NCBI GenBank assembly: GCA_938003615.1
Contig: CALKXO010000004.1
Location: 1-62,174, forward strand
Reading direction: 5' to 3'
DNA: 62,174 bases
Origin: an uncultured Pirellulaceae bacterium
Lineage (GTDB): Bacteria > Planctomycetota > Planctomycetia > Pirellulales > Pirellulaceae
In this document: piece by piece, positions 9,925 through 20,045 of the stretch
Layout of the letters: every line of letters starts with the position of its first letter
How positions within the stretch are numbered: position 1 is the stretch's first letter
Made by a program: the position numbers and the translations under genes
The notes under the pieces: generated by a model
Database searches by the model: none
Told to the model about the DNA's origin: nothing
What the model saw: the letters and a program-made list of their open reading frames with translations, nothing else

Positions 9925-10017
9925 TAAGCACCCGGCCATAAGTTTCCAATTGAAAAAGGAACCGTGGCTAGTGCCAAAACGGCTAATGGTGTCTGAAAAC
10001 TTATGGCCTAGTGCTTA
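9925..10017 (+). mobile_element. 93-bp MITE-like element, copy 1
   Basis: TAAGCAC...GGCCATAAGTTT / AAACTTATGGCC...GTGCTTA terminal inverted repeats. Colinear with the reverse complement of 42500-42592. Confidence 0.75.
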
Positions 10018-10087
10018 TCTTGAGACAAAAAATGAGCGCGTTGGTAAAAGACGTGATGAGTTTGTCGTGTTTCGCGCAGTCGTTTGG

Positions 10088-10690
10088 TTATTTCTTTCCG
10101 CGAATTACATCTTGTGTCTTCTTCCAATGCTCCCAAGGAGGCGTTGGATTGGGTTGACTCCAAAGCCCCAGCTTTTTTGCACGAGCGGATTCCATCGCCT
10201 CGCGGTATTGTTCAGCGCCTTCAAATTCGTTGCCGTCATACCAGCCAAATCCATTCGAGAGTAAGTCGATGGCAAGATTGACCCGCTTGCCGTCAGCTTC
10301 CGTTACCCATGCGTGACCGACCTCACGCTTTAGTTCGTCGTACATCAAGACTTCGATATCCATTTCGCGATCGAAACACCTCTCGATCAGATAGTTATGT
10401 GCCCTTTTGTAAAAGGGCTGACCAGATTCCGGGCAATCGATGCCGATCATGAAAAAATAGTGCAGCTGTTGTTTCTGGCCGAACTCGAAATTGTCCCCTC
10501 CCCACGCTCGGCTGAGTTTGCCTTTAAGTGTTGTGGGGGCGACATCACGCAATCCGGCAGGGATCTCTTTGCTGGATTGAAAGGATGCCTTTTCGCAGCC
10601 CAATTCGCAGCTCAACAGTCCGACCGCCAATAAGCCCGTTACGAGGAAAAGTATCGAAAAATAAGAAGTGTCGATAGCGCGTGATGGCAT
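10088..10690 (-). CDS. Thermonuclease (SNase-like) family membrane/lipoprotein
   Basis: GIDCPE...QPF, LLSNGFGW and AKKLGLWSQPNPTPPWEHW; hydrophobic N-terminus with LLSC. Confidence 0.85.
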   Translation of the reverse strand: MPSRAIDTSYFSILFLVTGLLAVGLLSCELGCEKASFQSSKEIPAGLRDVAPTTLKGKLSRAWGGDNFEFGQKQQLHYFFMIGIDCPESGQPFYKRAHNYLIERCFDREMDIEVLMYDELKREVGHAWVTEADGKRVNLAIDLLSNGFGWYDGNEFEGAEQYREAMESARAKKLGLWSQPNPTPPWEHWKKTQDVIRGKK

Positions 10691-10885
10691 AGCTGCCCCA
10701 ATGAGTGGAGTTTCGGTGTTTGCCGAAACAAGCGTGCGTATGGTGCGGATTCTACAGGAATCGCGTTTTGATATCACCCAGAGGGTTGATCGCTGTAGGC
10801 AAAGAATTCTAGTCTGTTCGGAATTTTGCCAATCCCCTAATATTGGACAGCCGCATTGTTCTCTCTCTTTTGAGTCATATCTCTA

Positions 10886-11845
10886 GTGAATTGTCTCGCG
10901 TTTGTAAACTTGTCCGGACTGTGCGCGGCGTTGCTGCTTCTTCAGGCTCAGCCTGCGCAATCTCAAATACCGCAATCTCAGACACTGCAAACCCAGATGC
11001 CTCAAACCATGCGCAGCGTGCTTGATGGTGAGATCGAATCTTTACCACCGTCGGCAGGACATTTGGTTGTGGCGGGGCCGACAACCGCCACCGAGATAGA
11101 ATCTCATGACGCAGGAGACGAGATTGATCAACTGTTGACGAAGTTGGTGCTGGGGCATCTGCCGCATGATTTTAAACAGGACAAAGACTGGGGGCGGCAA
11201 GCGGAGCGGTTTGACGGACTGAAGGTTCGACGGAAAGGGCTGCAGATCCGGACTAGGCGAAGAAAGAAAATGGTCAATCATGGCAGTTGGAAGAAGTTTA
11301 ATGCCTCTTTGGTTGATCCGGCCAATCGGTTTTCAGTCTCAGTTAAAAACATGCGTGAGGCGGATGAAGGAAAAGTGGCTTTCGATTTACATTGTCGTTC
11401 GGATCTAAAGATTGATGGACGCGTTGCAAAATGGGTCAAGGGCGTGCAGCTGTACAGTCTCTCCTTGGATGGTAAGGCACGTGTGAATCTGGCGGTTACG
11501 GTTGAGCTAGAAACGGTGATGGACGTGACCAAATTTCCGCCAGATTTGATTTTCCGGCCCCAAGCGACAGCAGCGCATCTGGAGGTCGATGATTTTCGTA
11601 TCGATCGTATCAGCAAGGTCGGCGGCGAGGTGTCTCAACAAGCTACGAGCTGGGCGCGTAGCGCTATCGAGGAAAAAATTGAGGCAGAGGAAGCCAAACT
11701 AGTGGATAAAATTAACGCGGACCTGAAAAAGAACGAGAAGAAGCTCCGCCTGTCACTTCACGATGCTGTTTCGTCCAAGTGGTCAAAAGTGGCCACAGAG
11801 TTCATGCCCGAAGATGTCCAGGAAGCGATGCGGTCGACAGATTGA
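10886..11845 (+). CDS. Secreted hypothetical protein
   Basis: 319-aa ORF with an N-terminal signal peptide; no motif recognised. Confidence 0.8.
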   Translation: MNCLAFVNLSGLCAALLLLQAQPAQSQIPQSQTLQTQMPQTMRSVLDGEIESLPPSAGHLVVAGPTTATEIESHDAGDEIDQLLTKLVLGHLPHDFKQDKDWGRQAERFDGLKVRRKGLQIRTRRRKKMVNHGSWKKFNASLVDPANRFSVSVKNMREADEGKVAFDLHCRSDLKIDGRVAKWVKGVQLYSLSLDGKARVNLAVTVELETVMDVTKFPPDLIFRPQATAAHLEVDDFRIDRISKVGGEVSQQATSWARSAIEEKIEAEEAKLVDKINADLKKNEKKLRLSLHDAVSSKWSKVATEFMPEDVQEAMRSTD

Positions 11846-11853
11846 CTAAAAAC

Positions 11854-11876
11854 GACAGGCTGGAAGTCTATCCCAC
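11854..11876 (-). repeat. Single REP-like palindrome (GTGG head)
   Basis: Minus strand GTGGGATAGACTTCCAGCCTGTC. Confidence 0.55.
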
Positions 11877-11969
11877 GTAGTGTATTTAAGTTTCGATGCT
11901 GGACGACTAAAATAAGGCACTGGTCGGAAGCCGATCTATCGAACAAACTCCACACCATCGACGAGTGTT

Positions 11970-13106
11970 ATGAGCCTGACTCAGTTAAACGAAGCAAAAT
12001 TTGATTTCAAGGACTTCCGTTCTTTATCGAACGAGATCCTCGATATGCGGATCAAGAACGTCAAAAAGATCCTTGGCGACCGCATGCAGATTCTCGGCCA
12101 CCACTATCAACAGGACGAGGTGATCGAACATTCGGATTTGCGTGGTGATAGTTTGCAGTTGAGCCAGATGGCGGCGGAGCGTGACTGTGAGGCGATTGTG
12201 TTTTGCGGTGTTCACTTTATGGCCGAGACGGCTGATATCGTTGCCAATAGCCCGAAGCGTCTTGAAGAACGCAAGGGCAAACGCGTGACCGTGATGTTGC
12301 CCGATTTGAAGGCCGGTTGCTCGATGGCCGATATGGCTGGAATTCGCCAAGTCGAAAACGCTTGGGCGGATTTGGGAGAAGTCATCGACACCAACGAGAT
12401 GACTCCTGTGACCTACATCAATTCGGCGGCCAGCCTCAAATCTTTCTGCGGGAAGCACGGCGGGATCGTTTGTACCAGCAGCAACGCAGAAAAAGTTCTG
12501 GAGTGGGCGTTTGCTCAGAGGAAGCGCGTGCTGTTTTTCCCTGACCAACATTTGGGCCGCAACACGGCGCTCAAAATGGGTATCGAGGACGATCAAATGT
12601 GCGTCTGGGATCCGCATGCCCAAGAGATGGGTGGAAACGAACAAGCCGTCGTCGAAAACAGCAAAGTGGTTCTCTGGCGTGGTCACTGCAGCGTGCACCA
12701 AATGTTCAAACCCGAGCATGTGGCTCAGTTCCGCTCAGATCATCCGGGCATTAAGATTCTGGTGCATCCCGAGTGTCCGCGTGAGGTCAACGACATCGCG
12801 GACGTGTCGGGTTCAACCGGCAAGATCATTCGGACGGTTAAGGCCGCGCCCGCCGGAACGAAGTGGGCGATCGGTACCGAACTTCATCTGGTCAATCGAC
12901 TGAAGAAAGAGCATCCGGAGCAGGAGATTCATTTTCTTTCGCCGGTGATGTGCATGTGTGCCACGATGTACCGAATCGATCTGGCTCACCTGTGTTGGAC
13001 GTTGGAAAACTATGCCGCCGGTTGTTCGGTGAATGTCATTCGCGTCGACGATGAAACGCAAAAGTGGTCGTTGGTGGCATTGGAGCGTATGTTGGAGTTA
13101 ACGTAG
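11970..13106 (+). CDS. nadA: Quinolinate synthase A
   Basis: LGHHYQ, FCGVHFMAETA, AGCSMA, TYINSAA, CTSSNA, GHCSVH, LVHPEC and CATM motifs. Confidence 0.97.
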   Translation: MSLTQLNEAKFDFKDFRSLSNEILDMRIKNVKKILGDRMQILGHHYQQDEVIEHSDLRGDSLQLSQMAAERDCEAIVFCGVHFMAETADIVANSPKRLEERKGKRVTVMLPDLKAGCSMADMAGIRQVENAWADLGEVIDTNEMTPVTYINSAASLKSFCGKHGGIVCTSSNAEKVLEWAFAQRKRVLFFPDQHLGRNTALKMGIEDDQMCVWDPHAQEMGGNEQAVVENSKVVLWRGHCSVHQMFKPEHVAQFRSDHPGIKILVHPECPREVNDIADVSGSTGKIIRTVKAAPAGTKWAIGTELHLVNRLKKEHPEQEIHFLSPVMCMCATMYRIDLAHLCWTLENYAAGCSVNVIRVDDETQKWSLVALERMLELT

Positions 13107-13187
13107 TGCAAGCGTCTCGCTTGCCACGCGCCAAAACAAGCGGGACGCTTGTGCTACGCGCCAAAACAAGCGGGACGCTTGTACTAC
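13103..13187. repeat. REP cluster (3 palindromes; 30-bp tandem duplication) between convergent genes
   Basis: GTAGTGCAAGCGTCTCGCTTG (its TAG is the nadA stop), then 2 x ACGCGCCAAAACAAGCGGGACGCTTGT(G/A)CT. Confidence 0.75.
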
Positions 13188-13191
13188 GGTT

Positions 13192-15732
13192 CTACCGCAG
13201 CTGCACCAAGTCTTTAAAATTGTCTGGTACGTAGAGGCTGCCCTCAGTCGTCGATTGACCAGACTGGTTCAGTGTCATCTTTAATTCGTGGCTAGTCAGG
13301 CTACCTTTGAAAAACGCTTGGAAAGCGGAAATGGTTTCCTTGACGACGTCCGGTGATTGGTGCACGAACTCGAGGCGAAAGTCCTTGATGCCGTTTTCGG
13401 TCCACCGGTGGAGCCAGTCGAGGTCCATTTGGACTTCGGCGTTGAAGACCGTATTGCGGCAACCGACGTCTGCCAAAACGGGGTGCTCCCGACCGCTGCT
13501 GTCGCGGATTGTGATCTGATGCTTCTCACAGGGATGGCCGCAGTTACTGCTGTCTGTGCCGTCGGAAAGGAACCGACAGAAAACACAGTGCTCGGTGTGA
13601 AAGATAGGCAGATGGCTGAGTGCAATGACTTCCAAATTCTCTGGCGCGACGTAGTCGGTAAGTTCTGCGATCTGCTGACCGTTCAGGTCGTAGGTGGGCG
13701 TGATGCGTTTGAGTCTCATTTCCAAATACGTTTTAAATGCAATGAAGTTGGACGCATTAAGGCTAAAGTCACCAATCAGTTTGCTCTTTGTAGCTTCTTG
13801 CTTCAGGAGATCTGTCAGCAGCCCAGCCGAGCGTACCAGAATGTCGCAATCCAATGAGACTAGGAATCGCGCAACCTTCTGTTCAGCCGGTTTGAGGATC
13901 CTCGGGCTGGCGACGCGGCAATCAATCCCAGCAGCCTTGATCAGTTCGACCGAATCACGCAAACCATACAGTTCCAAATAGTCCAACGTGATGCTGGCCG
14001 GCGCGGCGGCGACGGCACCGCTAAGTTGTTCTTTGGATCGCACCAATACGTGCAGACGAACATCCTCGGCGGCCGCCGGGGCAGGGCTGTCACCCTCTGG
14101 AACAATCTCAGCGTCGCGGATCCACTGGTCGATCGTAGGCTGCGCGGCAATCACTGGCGTTTTTCCGCTGGCCTCGAACAGCTCGTCCACCAATTCGCGG
14201 CGGATTTGGTTCAACTGACTCGTGGGCAGGAACACGGCGCTGTTACTGGTAAACTCGATTTTGTCTAAGTGATACGGTGTGCCGCCCAATCGCCCAAGCT
14301 TTTCTTGGAGCGTTCCCAAATCCAGCGCCCGTTTGGATGCCGGTTCAAGCGCTGTCTCACCGGTGAAGTTGGCCGAAAGGCCAGACGGTAAAGAGACAGA
14401 GACTTTGATGGGATGACCGACTTCGGCCTCAACGCTGAAACTGATAGGCTGCGTGTTGACCGGTTGGCTTGGATGCGTCAGCGGCTTAAGGCGTCGCGGA
14501 AGTTGCGGGTCGAGTGTTCGCCAGACAAGATCACCGATGCGGATACGCGCGATGTTGATTTCTCGTCGTCCAAATTCTAAGCGAAAGTGCTCGCCGTTGG
14601 AGTCCGAAGGATCATCGATGGTGCGGACCGGGGTGACCTCGTAAATGTGGCCGCCCTCTTCGGGTTCGTCAGGGCTTCTCCATGAAGCCGCGTCAAACAC
14701 GATTCCGTCACCCCGTTTGAGCGCATGAATCGTTTTGACCGTCACGCTATTTTTGCTCGTGTCTGTAACGACGCCCACGTGCACGCCTCGGTTGCGCGGT
14801 GAGCGGCCAATGACAACGTTTTGGTGGTTGATGCCGGAGATGAAATGGGGCCCGAGTCCGCGCGAGTAGACTTGTTCGATCTCTGTTCGTTCTTCAGGAG
14901 AGATTTCATTTTCCACATCCATCATTGCAAGGTCGATGGCGTTGCGGTAGGCGTTGGTGGTGACCGCAACGTAGTTGACGTCTTTGTAGCGGCCCTCGAT
15001 TTTTAAGCAGTGGACGCCGATATCGATCAGTTCAGGAATTTGCTCAATCGCGTACAGGTCGCCCGGGGAAAGCAGATATCGAAGATCTTCCAATTCCTTT
15101 TTTTCACCGTCGACGATTAGGTCGTATGACAATCGGCAGGCCTGAGCGCATTTGCCACGGTTGGCACTACGTCCGCCCCACGCCTCGCTGCTGAAGCACT
15201 GCCCGGAATAGGATACGCACAGCGCACCGTGGACAAAGACTTCCAGTTCGACGTCGGTCTCGGAGGCGATTTTGCGAATGTCTTTGACGCTCAGTTCGCG
15301 CCCCAAGACGACACGGCTACAGCCCAGCGAGGCGGCCAGCTCGGCTCCTTCGGCGCTGGTGATCGACATTTGCGTGCTGCCGTGGATGTTCAGCTCTGGC
15401 GCGATTTGTTTGGCCAGTTTTACGATGCCGATATCTTGAACGATGAGCGCGTCCACGCCGGCAGCGGCGATCGCCAGCAATGCCAATTCGGCTTGCCGTA
15501 GTTCGTGGTCAAAGACCAGCGTGTTGAAGGTGACAAACCCTTTGATGCCGCGCTGATGCAGCGTTTCCATCACTTCGGGCAATTCGGCCAGATCGAAGCC
15601 CACCTTGGCGCGTGCAGAGAAGTGGTTTAGCCCAAAGTAGACGGCATCAGCGCCCGCTTCGATGGCGGTTTGAAGTTCGGCCCAATGTCCGGCAGGGCTC
15701 ATCAATTCCGGTTTTATTTTTGCAGTACTCAC
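13192..15732 (-). CDS. rlhA: Peptidase U32 family Fe-S hydroxylase, RlhA-like (long form)
   Basis: ELMSPAG, GADAVYFG, HGSTQM, FVHGALCVSYSGQC, NRGKCAQACR and LKIEGR; 846 aa with second degenerate U32 barrel. Confidence 0.8.
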   Translation of the reverse strand: MSTAKIKPELMSPAGHWAELQTAIEAGADAVYFGLNHFSARAKVGFDLAELPEVMETLHQRGIKGFVTFNTLVFDHELRQAELALLAIAAAGVDALIVQDIGIVKLAKQIAPELNIHGSTQMSITSAEGAELAASLGCSRVVLGRELSVKDIRKIASETDVELEVFVHGALCVSYSGQCFSSEAWGGRSANRGKCAQACRLSYDLIVDGEKKELEDLRYLLSPGDLYAIEQIPELIDIGVHCLKIEGRYKDVNYVAVTTNAYRNAIDLAMMDVENEISPEERTEIEQVYSRGLGPHFISGINHQNVVIGRSPRNRGVHVGVVTDTSKNSVTVKTIHALKRGDGIVFDAASWRSPDEPEEGGHIYEVTPVRTIDDPSDSNGEHFRLEFGRREINIARIRIGDLVWRTLDPQLPRRLKPLTHPSQPVNTQPISFSVEAEVGHPIKVSVSLPSGLSANFTGETALEPASKRALDLGTLQEKLGRLGGTPYHLDKIEFTSNSAVFLPTSQLNQIRRELVDELFEASGKTPVIAAQPTIDQWIRDAEIVPEGDSPAPAAAEDVRLHVLVRSKEQLSGAVAAAPASITLDYLELYGLRDSVELIKAAGIDCRVASPRILKPAEQKVARFLVSLDCDILVRSAGLLTDLLKQEATKSKLIGDFSLNASNFIAFKTYLEMRLKRITPTYDLNGQQIAELTDYVAPENLEVIALSHLPIFHTEHCVFCRFLSDGTDSSNCGHPCEKHQITIRDSSGREHPVLADVGCRNTVFNAEVQMDLDWLHRWTENGIKDFRLEFVHQSPDVVKETISAFQAFFKGSLTSHELKMTLNQSGQSTTEGSLYVPDNFKDLVQLR

Positions 15733-15912
15733 GCCCCATAGAGTAGCCGGTCAGGGCGAAATTAGGCAGTCGGCAATTGCGGGTTTATTGCAGGTCGATT
15801 CAGAAAGCCTCCCAGGCAGCAGTAAATGGCTCATCACCACTCGGCTTGACCTGCTTGTAGAAGCTGTCCTTGAGGTCGAGTGGTTTATCAACCCTGAAAT
15901 GATCATTCAGCG

Positions 15913-15968
15913 AAGTGAATTTCGCCAGAAATCCTTGGCTGATTAGGAATCCTGGCGAATTCCACAAC
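15913..15968. repeat. Degenerate REP doublet
   Basis: GTGAATTTCGCCAGAAATCC...GGAATCCTGGCGAATTCCAC inverted pair. Confidence 0.55.
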
Positions 15969-16094
15969 ATGTCAACTCAGCTCGGAAAGACCACGAGTTG
16001 GCAGGAGGAATCGGCCAATTGTCCTCGCCGGTAAACGTCGTTGCAGGCCCAAATTCCCAACCGCCTCCGATGTCCCAACCGCCTCCGGTTAGAG

Positions 16095-17201
16095 CTACCG
16101 GTTGGCGGGCGACAGATGGCTGGGGGCGATGACGCTGTCTTGTGGGCTAGTGCCGGGGGCAACAATTCCGTAGTCGTTGACAAAGATTGCGTCCTCACCG
16201 ATCGAATCGCCACTAATAAACTCCACGCGCCCGTCACTGAACAGACAATTCTGTCCCCACGAACCGTGATTGATGCTGCGACGTCCGGGTTGATTAACCG
16301 AAGGCATATCGGCAACAAGAACCGTGTTGGTCAAACCGCAGTTGGTCAGCGGTTGATACTTTTGACCGTCGCCGTAACCCATCGAGTATCCGAAATGCCC
16401 CGACATGTTACGTTTGAGATACTCCAAGTCACTCCCATGAGCACTTTTGAGTCGAGCCATAGACGGAATTTGAACGGGGGCTTCGACTGCTAAGCCGGCG
16501 CAGTTGAAAATCGAATCATCTTCAACAAAGCCAGCGTCTTTAAGGGCTGGTGCGAAATAACCGCTGGCCGAAAGACGACCGGCTGATGGAATGGCAACGA
16601 ACCGCCCACCGTTGAGATCGCTGTACTGAAGCAAGGCTTGGCCAACACAACGAAGATTATCTTGGCAAGCCATCTTGCGGCTGTTGAAGCGTTGGTAAGA
16701 GAGCGCTGGAAACAGCATGCCACCCATCACTGCAACAATGGCAATACCGGCAAGCGCGTCCGAAAACGACCAAGTGTGGGGGTGTAAGAGTTGGAAACGA
16801 GTGGGGGACAGCACGACTTTGCCGTCAGCGTTTTCGTCGGTTTGTTCTTCGGCGGCAATTTCTGCGACCGGCGTTTGAGTGGGTGCGAGATCCGCGTTTG
16901 TTTGGGCCACTTGAGTTGAAAGTGCCAGTCCCGAGAGGTGATCGGGAACGTAGTGGGCTTCGATGGTATCGGGATCTTTGGTTGCGGCGGCAACCCATTC
17001 GCAGGTGCGTCGGGCGAGTCCTGGTCGCGATCCCGAAGGATTGTCCAAATGATCCAGCGGCATCAGGCTGGCTTGAAGCTTGTGAACTTCTTTTTGGAGC
17101 GACGGAGCTGATTCGATTTTCTGCTGAATGTTACGTTCTTCGGTCGCGTCCAGTGCTCCCAAAACGTAGCCTAGCAATTCTTCTTGCACGGGGCTGTTCA
17201 A
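16095..17201 (-). CDS. Anti-sigma-like membrane protein with DUF1559/H-X9-DG-like C-terminal domain
   Basis: N-terminal anti-sigma-like EELLGYVLGALD, pilin-like TM WSFSDALAGIAIVAVMGGMLFPAL, CQDNLRCVG and NHGSWGQNCLFSDGRV. Directly downstream of an ECF sigma gene. Confidence 0.75.
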   Translation of the reverse strand: MNSPVQEELLGYVLGALDATEERNIQQKIESAPSLQKEVHKLQASLMPLDHLDNPSGSRPGLARRTCEWVAAATKDPDTIEAHYVPDHLSGLALSTQVAQTNADLAPTQTPVAEIAAEEQTDENADGKVVLSPTRFQLLHPHTWSFSDALAGIAIVAVMGGMLFPALSYQRFNSRKMACQDNLRCVGQALLQYSDLNGGRFVAIPSAGRLSASGYFAPALKDAGFVEDDSIFNCAGLAVEAPVQIPSMARLKSAHGSDLEYLKRNMSGHFGYSMGYGDGQKYQPLTNCGLTNTVLVADMPSVNQPGRRSINHGSWGQNCLFSDGRVEFISGDSIGEDAIFVNDYGIVAPGTSPQDSVIAPSHLSPANR

Positions 17202-17242
17202 AGTAATACTCGTCGGTTGTCAGTCACGCGGATTAAAGGCAA

Positions 17243-17890
17243 TCAATCGACGTGACTAGTTTTCCATGCGTCAGTGAGTTTAGTAATCGCAGAGTGGATT
17301 CGGCTTTTCACGGTTCCGACAGGGATGTCGAGTACCTCGGCTGCTTCCCGATACTTCATTCCTTGATAATAAACCAGTTGAATCAATGTGTGCATCGATT
17401 CAGGTAATTGGTTTAACGTATCGCGTACCAGCTGTTGCCGTTCTGCTGCCAATGCAGAATTGGAGGGATCTGGATCACTGCTTTCTAAAAGGTTGACCAA
17501 ACGGCCAACATCTTCGTTGTCCTGCTCACGCGGTGTATCAAGGCTAACGTTGTCGTGTTTTTTACTACGTCGTTTAGCATCGATTGCCGCGTTGGTTGCG
17601 ATGGCATAAAGCCACGGTCGAAATCGGCGACCCTCTTGAAACGACTCGCACTTCAAATGCACTTGAAGAAAAGCCGTTTGGAAAACATCCTCTGCCATTT
17701 CAGCGTTGCCCATGTACCGACGGAGGTAATTGAACAGTTCGCGCTCGTACCGATAGACCAGCTGCGCGTAATGCTCGCGGTCGCCAGTCTGGCGGTATTC
17801 CAGCAAAAGTTCTTCGTCAGTCACAGGGGCAGATTTCGCTTCAAATTGACGTTGAGTGTTGTAACAAAGATCGTGAATTGTACCTTGCAT
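17243..17890 (-). CDS. ECF RNA polymerase sigma factor
   Basis: AEDVFQTAF, FRPWLYAIATN and YREAAEVLDIPVGTVKSR (regions 2 and 4). The true start may be further downstream. Confidence 0.93.
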   Translation of the reverse strand: MQGTIHDLCYNTQRQFEAKSAPVTDEELLLEYRQTGDREHYAQLVYRYERELFNYLRRYMGNAEMAEDVFQTAFLQVHLKCESFQEGRRFRPWLYAIATNAAIDAKRRSKKHDNVSLDTPREQDNEDVGRLVNLLESSDPDPSNSALAAERQQLVRDTLNQLPESMHTLIQLVYYQGMKYREAAEVLDIPVGTVKSRIHSAITKLTDAWKTSHVD

Positions 17891-18321
17891 AGCTAAATAC
17901 GCGTTCTATTAAAACCGGTTCGATCTTTCGGGGCGTTTGGGAGAGCAGTTTTGTGTAAAAATGACAAAATTGACTCTCGGGGCCTCCGGGGGTTGTCCGT
18001 GTTTGGGGACACCGCTGCGAAGTTTGGCTTGCTAAAACACGTCTCCTTTCTTGGGTTTTTGTTGAAATCTGAGGGCTCCGCCTCATCTAGTCTCAGTATC
18101 AGCCAGGGCGTTGACACGTTTGGTCGCTGATAAAGATGAAGGTTAGGAATTTTTTCAGGTTTAATTTCGTCAGGTCACTCAGACGTATGTTTTGCCAGCA
18201 AAATCTGGGCAAAAATGAGTGCCTTCTGTCTACGCTCCTTCCTGATGACGGCGACCGAAGAAAACCATTTCATTTTTTCCTGAAAACTTGGTACGCAAAG
18301 CCTGTGCCACTGAGGTGAATC

Positions 18322-19941
18322 TTGACCAATGCACGCTATCAATGGGCACAAACGGGCGATATCAACGCGTTTTTCGGGCTGATGCTGGATAACATCGCAG
18401 GCTTGATTCTGCTGGTATCACTGCTGGCAGGTTTCGGCTTCCCTGTAAAATTTGCTTTGTGTTACATGGTGCCCGGAACGGCGATCGGCGTGCTGGTAGG
18501 TGACCTGATCTTTTTCTTGTTAGCGTTTCGGTACGCAAAAGCCACCGGCAAAACCGACGTGACCGCGATGCCGCTGGGCTTGGACACGCCTAGTACATTC
18601 GGCATGGCGCTGTTGGTGTTGGGACCAGCATTCTTGGCGGCTCGTGAAGCCGGCTTGTCCGAAGGCGATGCTGCCATGAAGACTTGGCACATCGGCATGT
18701 GTGCGATTTTAATTACGGGCATCATCAAAGCTGCCATGGCGCCGGCGGCGAACTGGATCCATCGCGTCTTCCCACGAGCCGGTTTACTGGGGTCGCTGGC
18801 GGCGATCGCACTGGTGCTGATTTCGTTTTCACAAATGCCCAAGATCATCGACAATCCAATCGTGGGACTGACATCGCTGGTGATCGTGTTGCTCGCGCTG
18901 GTCGCGCGAGCCAAATTGCCGGGTAACATTCCCGGAGCGCTGGCGGCCGTCGGTGCGGCGACAGCGATCTACTATTTGCTGTACGGAGTACAATCCGCGA
19001 CAGGACAAGCGTTATTGCCGGTGGCACATTCGATCGGCGAACGGGTGTGGTTCCCGATGCAGTGGACGGAAGCTTTCACGTTTCAATGGTTGTCCGAATT
19101 TGGATCGACGCTGCCGTATTTAGGTTACATCGTTCCGTTCGCCGTTGCGACAGTGATTGGCGGCGTGGACTGCGCCGAGAGTGCCGCATCGGTGGGTGAT
19201 GAATTCAATACTGGCGAAGTCATCGGAACCGAGGCGTTTGCCACGTTGTTGGCGGCTTGCTGCGGTGGCGTGATTCAGACGACGCCGTACATAGGCCATC
19301 CGGCATATAAAGCGATGGGCGGTCGAGCGGCTTATGCCCTCGCGACGGCGCTGTTCATTGGTGGTGCGGGGCTGACTGGCTATTTCAGTTTAATGTTCCA
19401 ACTCATTCCCGAAGCGGCCGTGCTGCCAATTTTGGTTTTCATTGGCATCGAGATAACGGCGCAAAGTTTTCACGTGACGCCGCACCGACATTATGCAGCG
19501 ATTGCGATCGCTTGTATTCCGGCGTTGGCGAAGTTGGTGGCGTTACAGTTGGCTGGGTTCGGGATGGCGTTTGATTTTGAACAAGTCGACGCAGGGACAG
19601 CAGAGCGACTGCAGCACGGGCTGTTGCTGATCAATGTTCTGGCTGGCGGATTTATCTTCACCAGTTTGATCTGGGCCTCCGCAACGGCAAGAATGATCGA
19701 TCGTCAATTCAAAAGCGCGGCCGTCTATATGAGCGTTGCGGGCGTCATGGTTCTGTTTGGCGTGATGCACTCGCCGCTGCCGGGTGATCAAATGTTTTGG
19801 CCAACTGCCATTGTCGAAATGGAAGCCTCTACACGCAACTTGATCACGCAACTTGCGGTGGCCTATTTTGTGATGGCCGGAATTTTGTTTGGGATGGATC
19901 AGTTTTCCGATGAGCTACCGGTCAAAGAAGTCGAAGACTAA
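18322..19941 (+). CDS. NCS2/AzgA-like nucleobase permease
   Basis: Multi-TM protein with GDINAFFGLMLDN, TAMPLGLDTP and TTPYIGHPAYKAMGGR. Confidence 0.8.
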   Translation: MTNARYQWAQTGDINAFFGLMLDNIAGLILLVSLLAGFGFPVKFALCYMVPGTAIGVLVGDLIFFLLAFRYAKATGKTDVTAMPLGLDTPSTFGMALLVLGPAFLAAREAGLSEGDAAMKTWHIGMCAILITGIIKAAMAPAANWIHRVFPRAGLLGSLAAIALVLISFSQMPKIIDNPIVGLTSLVIVLLALVARAKLPGNIPGALAAVGAATAIYYLLYGVQSATGQALLPVAHSIGERVWFPMQWTEAFTFQWLSEFGSTLPYLGYIVPFAVATVIGGVDCAESAASVGDEFNTGEVIGTEAFATLLAACCGGVIQTTPYIGHPAYKAMGGRAAYALATALFIGGAGLTGYFSLMFQLIPEAAVLPILVFIGIEITAQSFHVTPHRHYAAIAIACIPALAKLVALQLAGFGMAFDFEQVDAGTAERLQHGLLLINVLAGGFIFTSLIWASATARMIDRQFKSAAVYMSVAGVMVLFGVMHSPLPGDQMFWPTAIVEMEASTRNLITQLAVAYFVMAGILFGMDQFSDELPVKEVED

Positions 19942-19983
19942 CTCGCTTCGGACGCTCAGTTGTTGAGCCAATTACGAATATCT

Positions 19984-20045
19984 CACGCAAAGACGCGAAG
20001 CTGCAAAAAACAAGTATTTCCTTTGCGGCTTGCCGCCTTTGCGTG
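19984..20045. repeat. Intergenic inverted repeat between convergent genes
   Basis: CACGCAAAGACGCGAAGCTGCAAA...TTTGCGGCTTGCCGCCTTTGCGTG. Confidence 0.55.

Noticed and set aside
11846-11969. NAD-related riboswitch upstream of nadA
   Set aside because: Only a REP half-site is recognisable; I see no supportable aptamer.
16057-16089. Short local duplications (14 bp here; also about 20079-20104, 28261-28306 and 59110-59131)
   Set aside because: Two or three short copies with no associated structure; likely slippage near gene ends.
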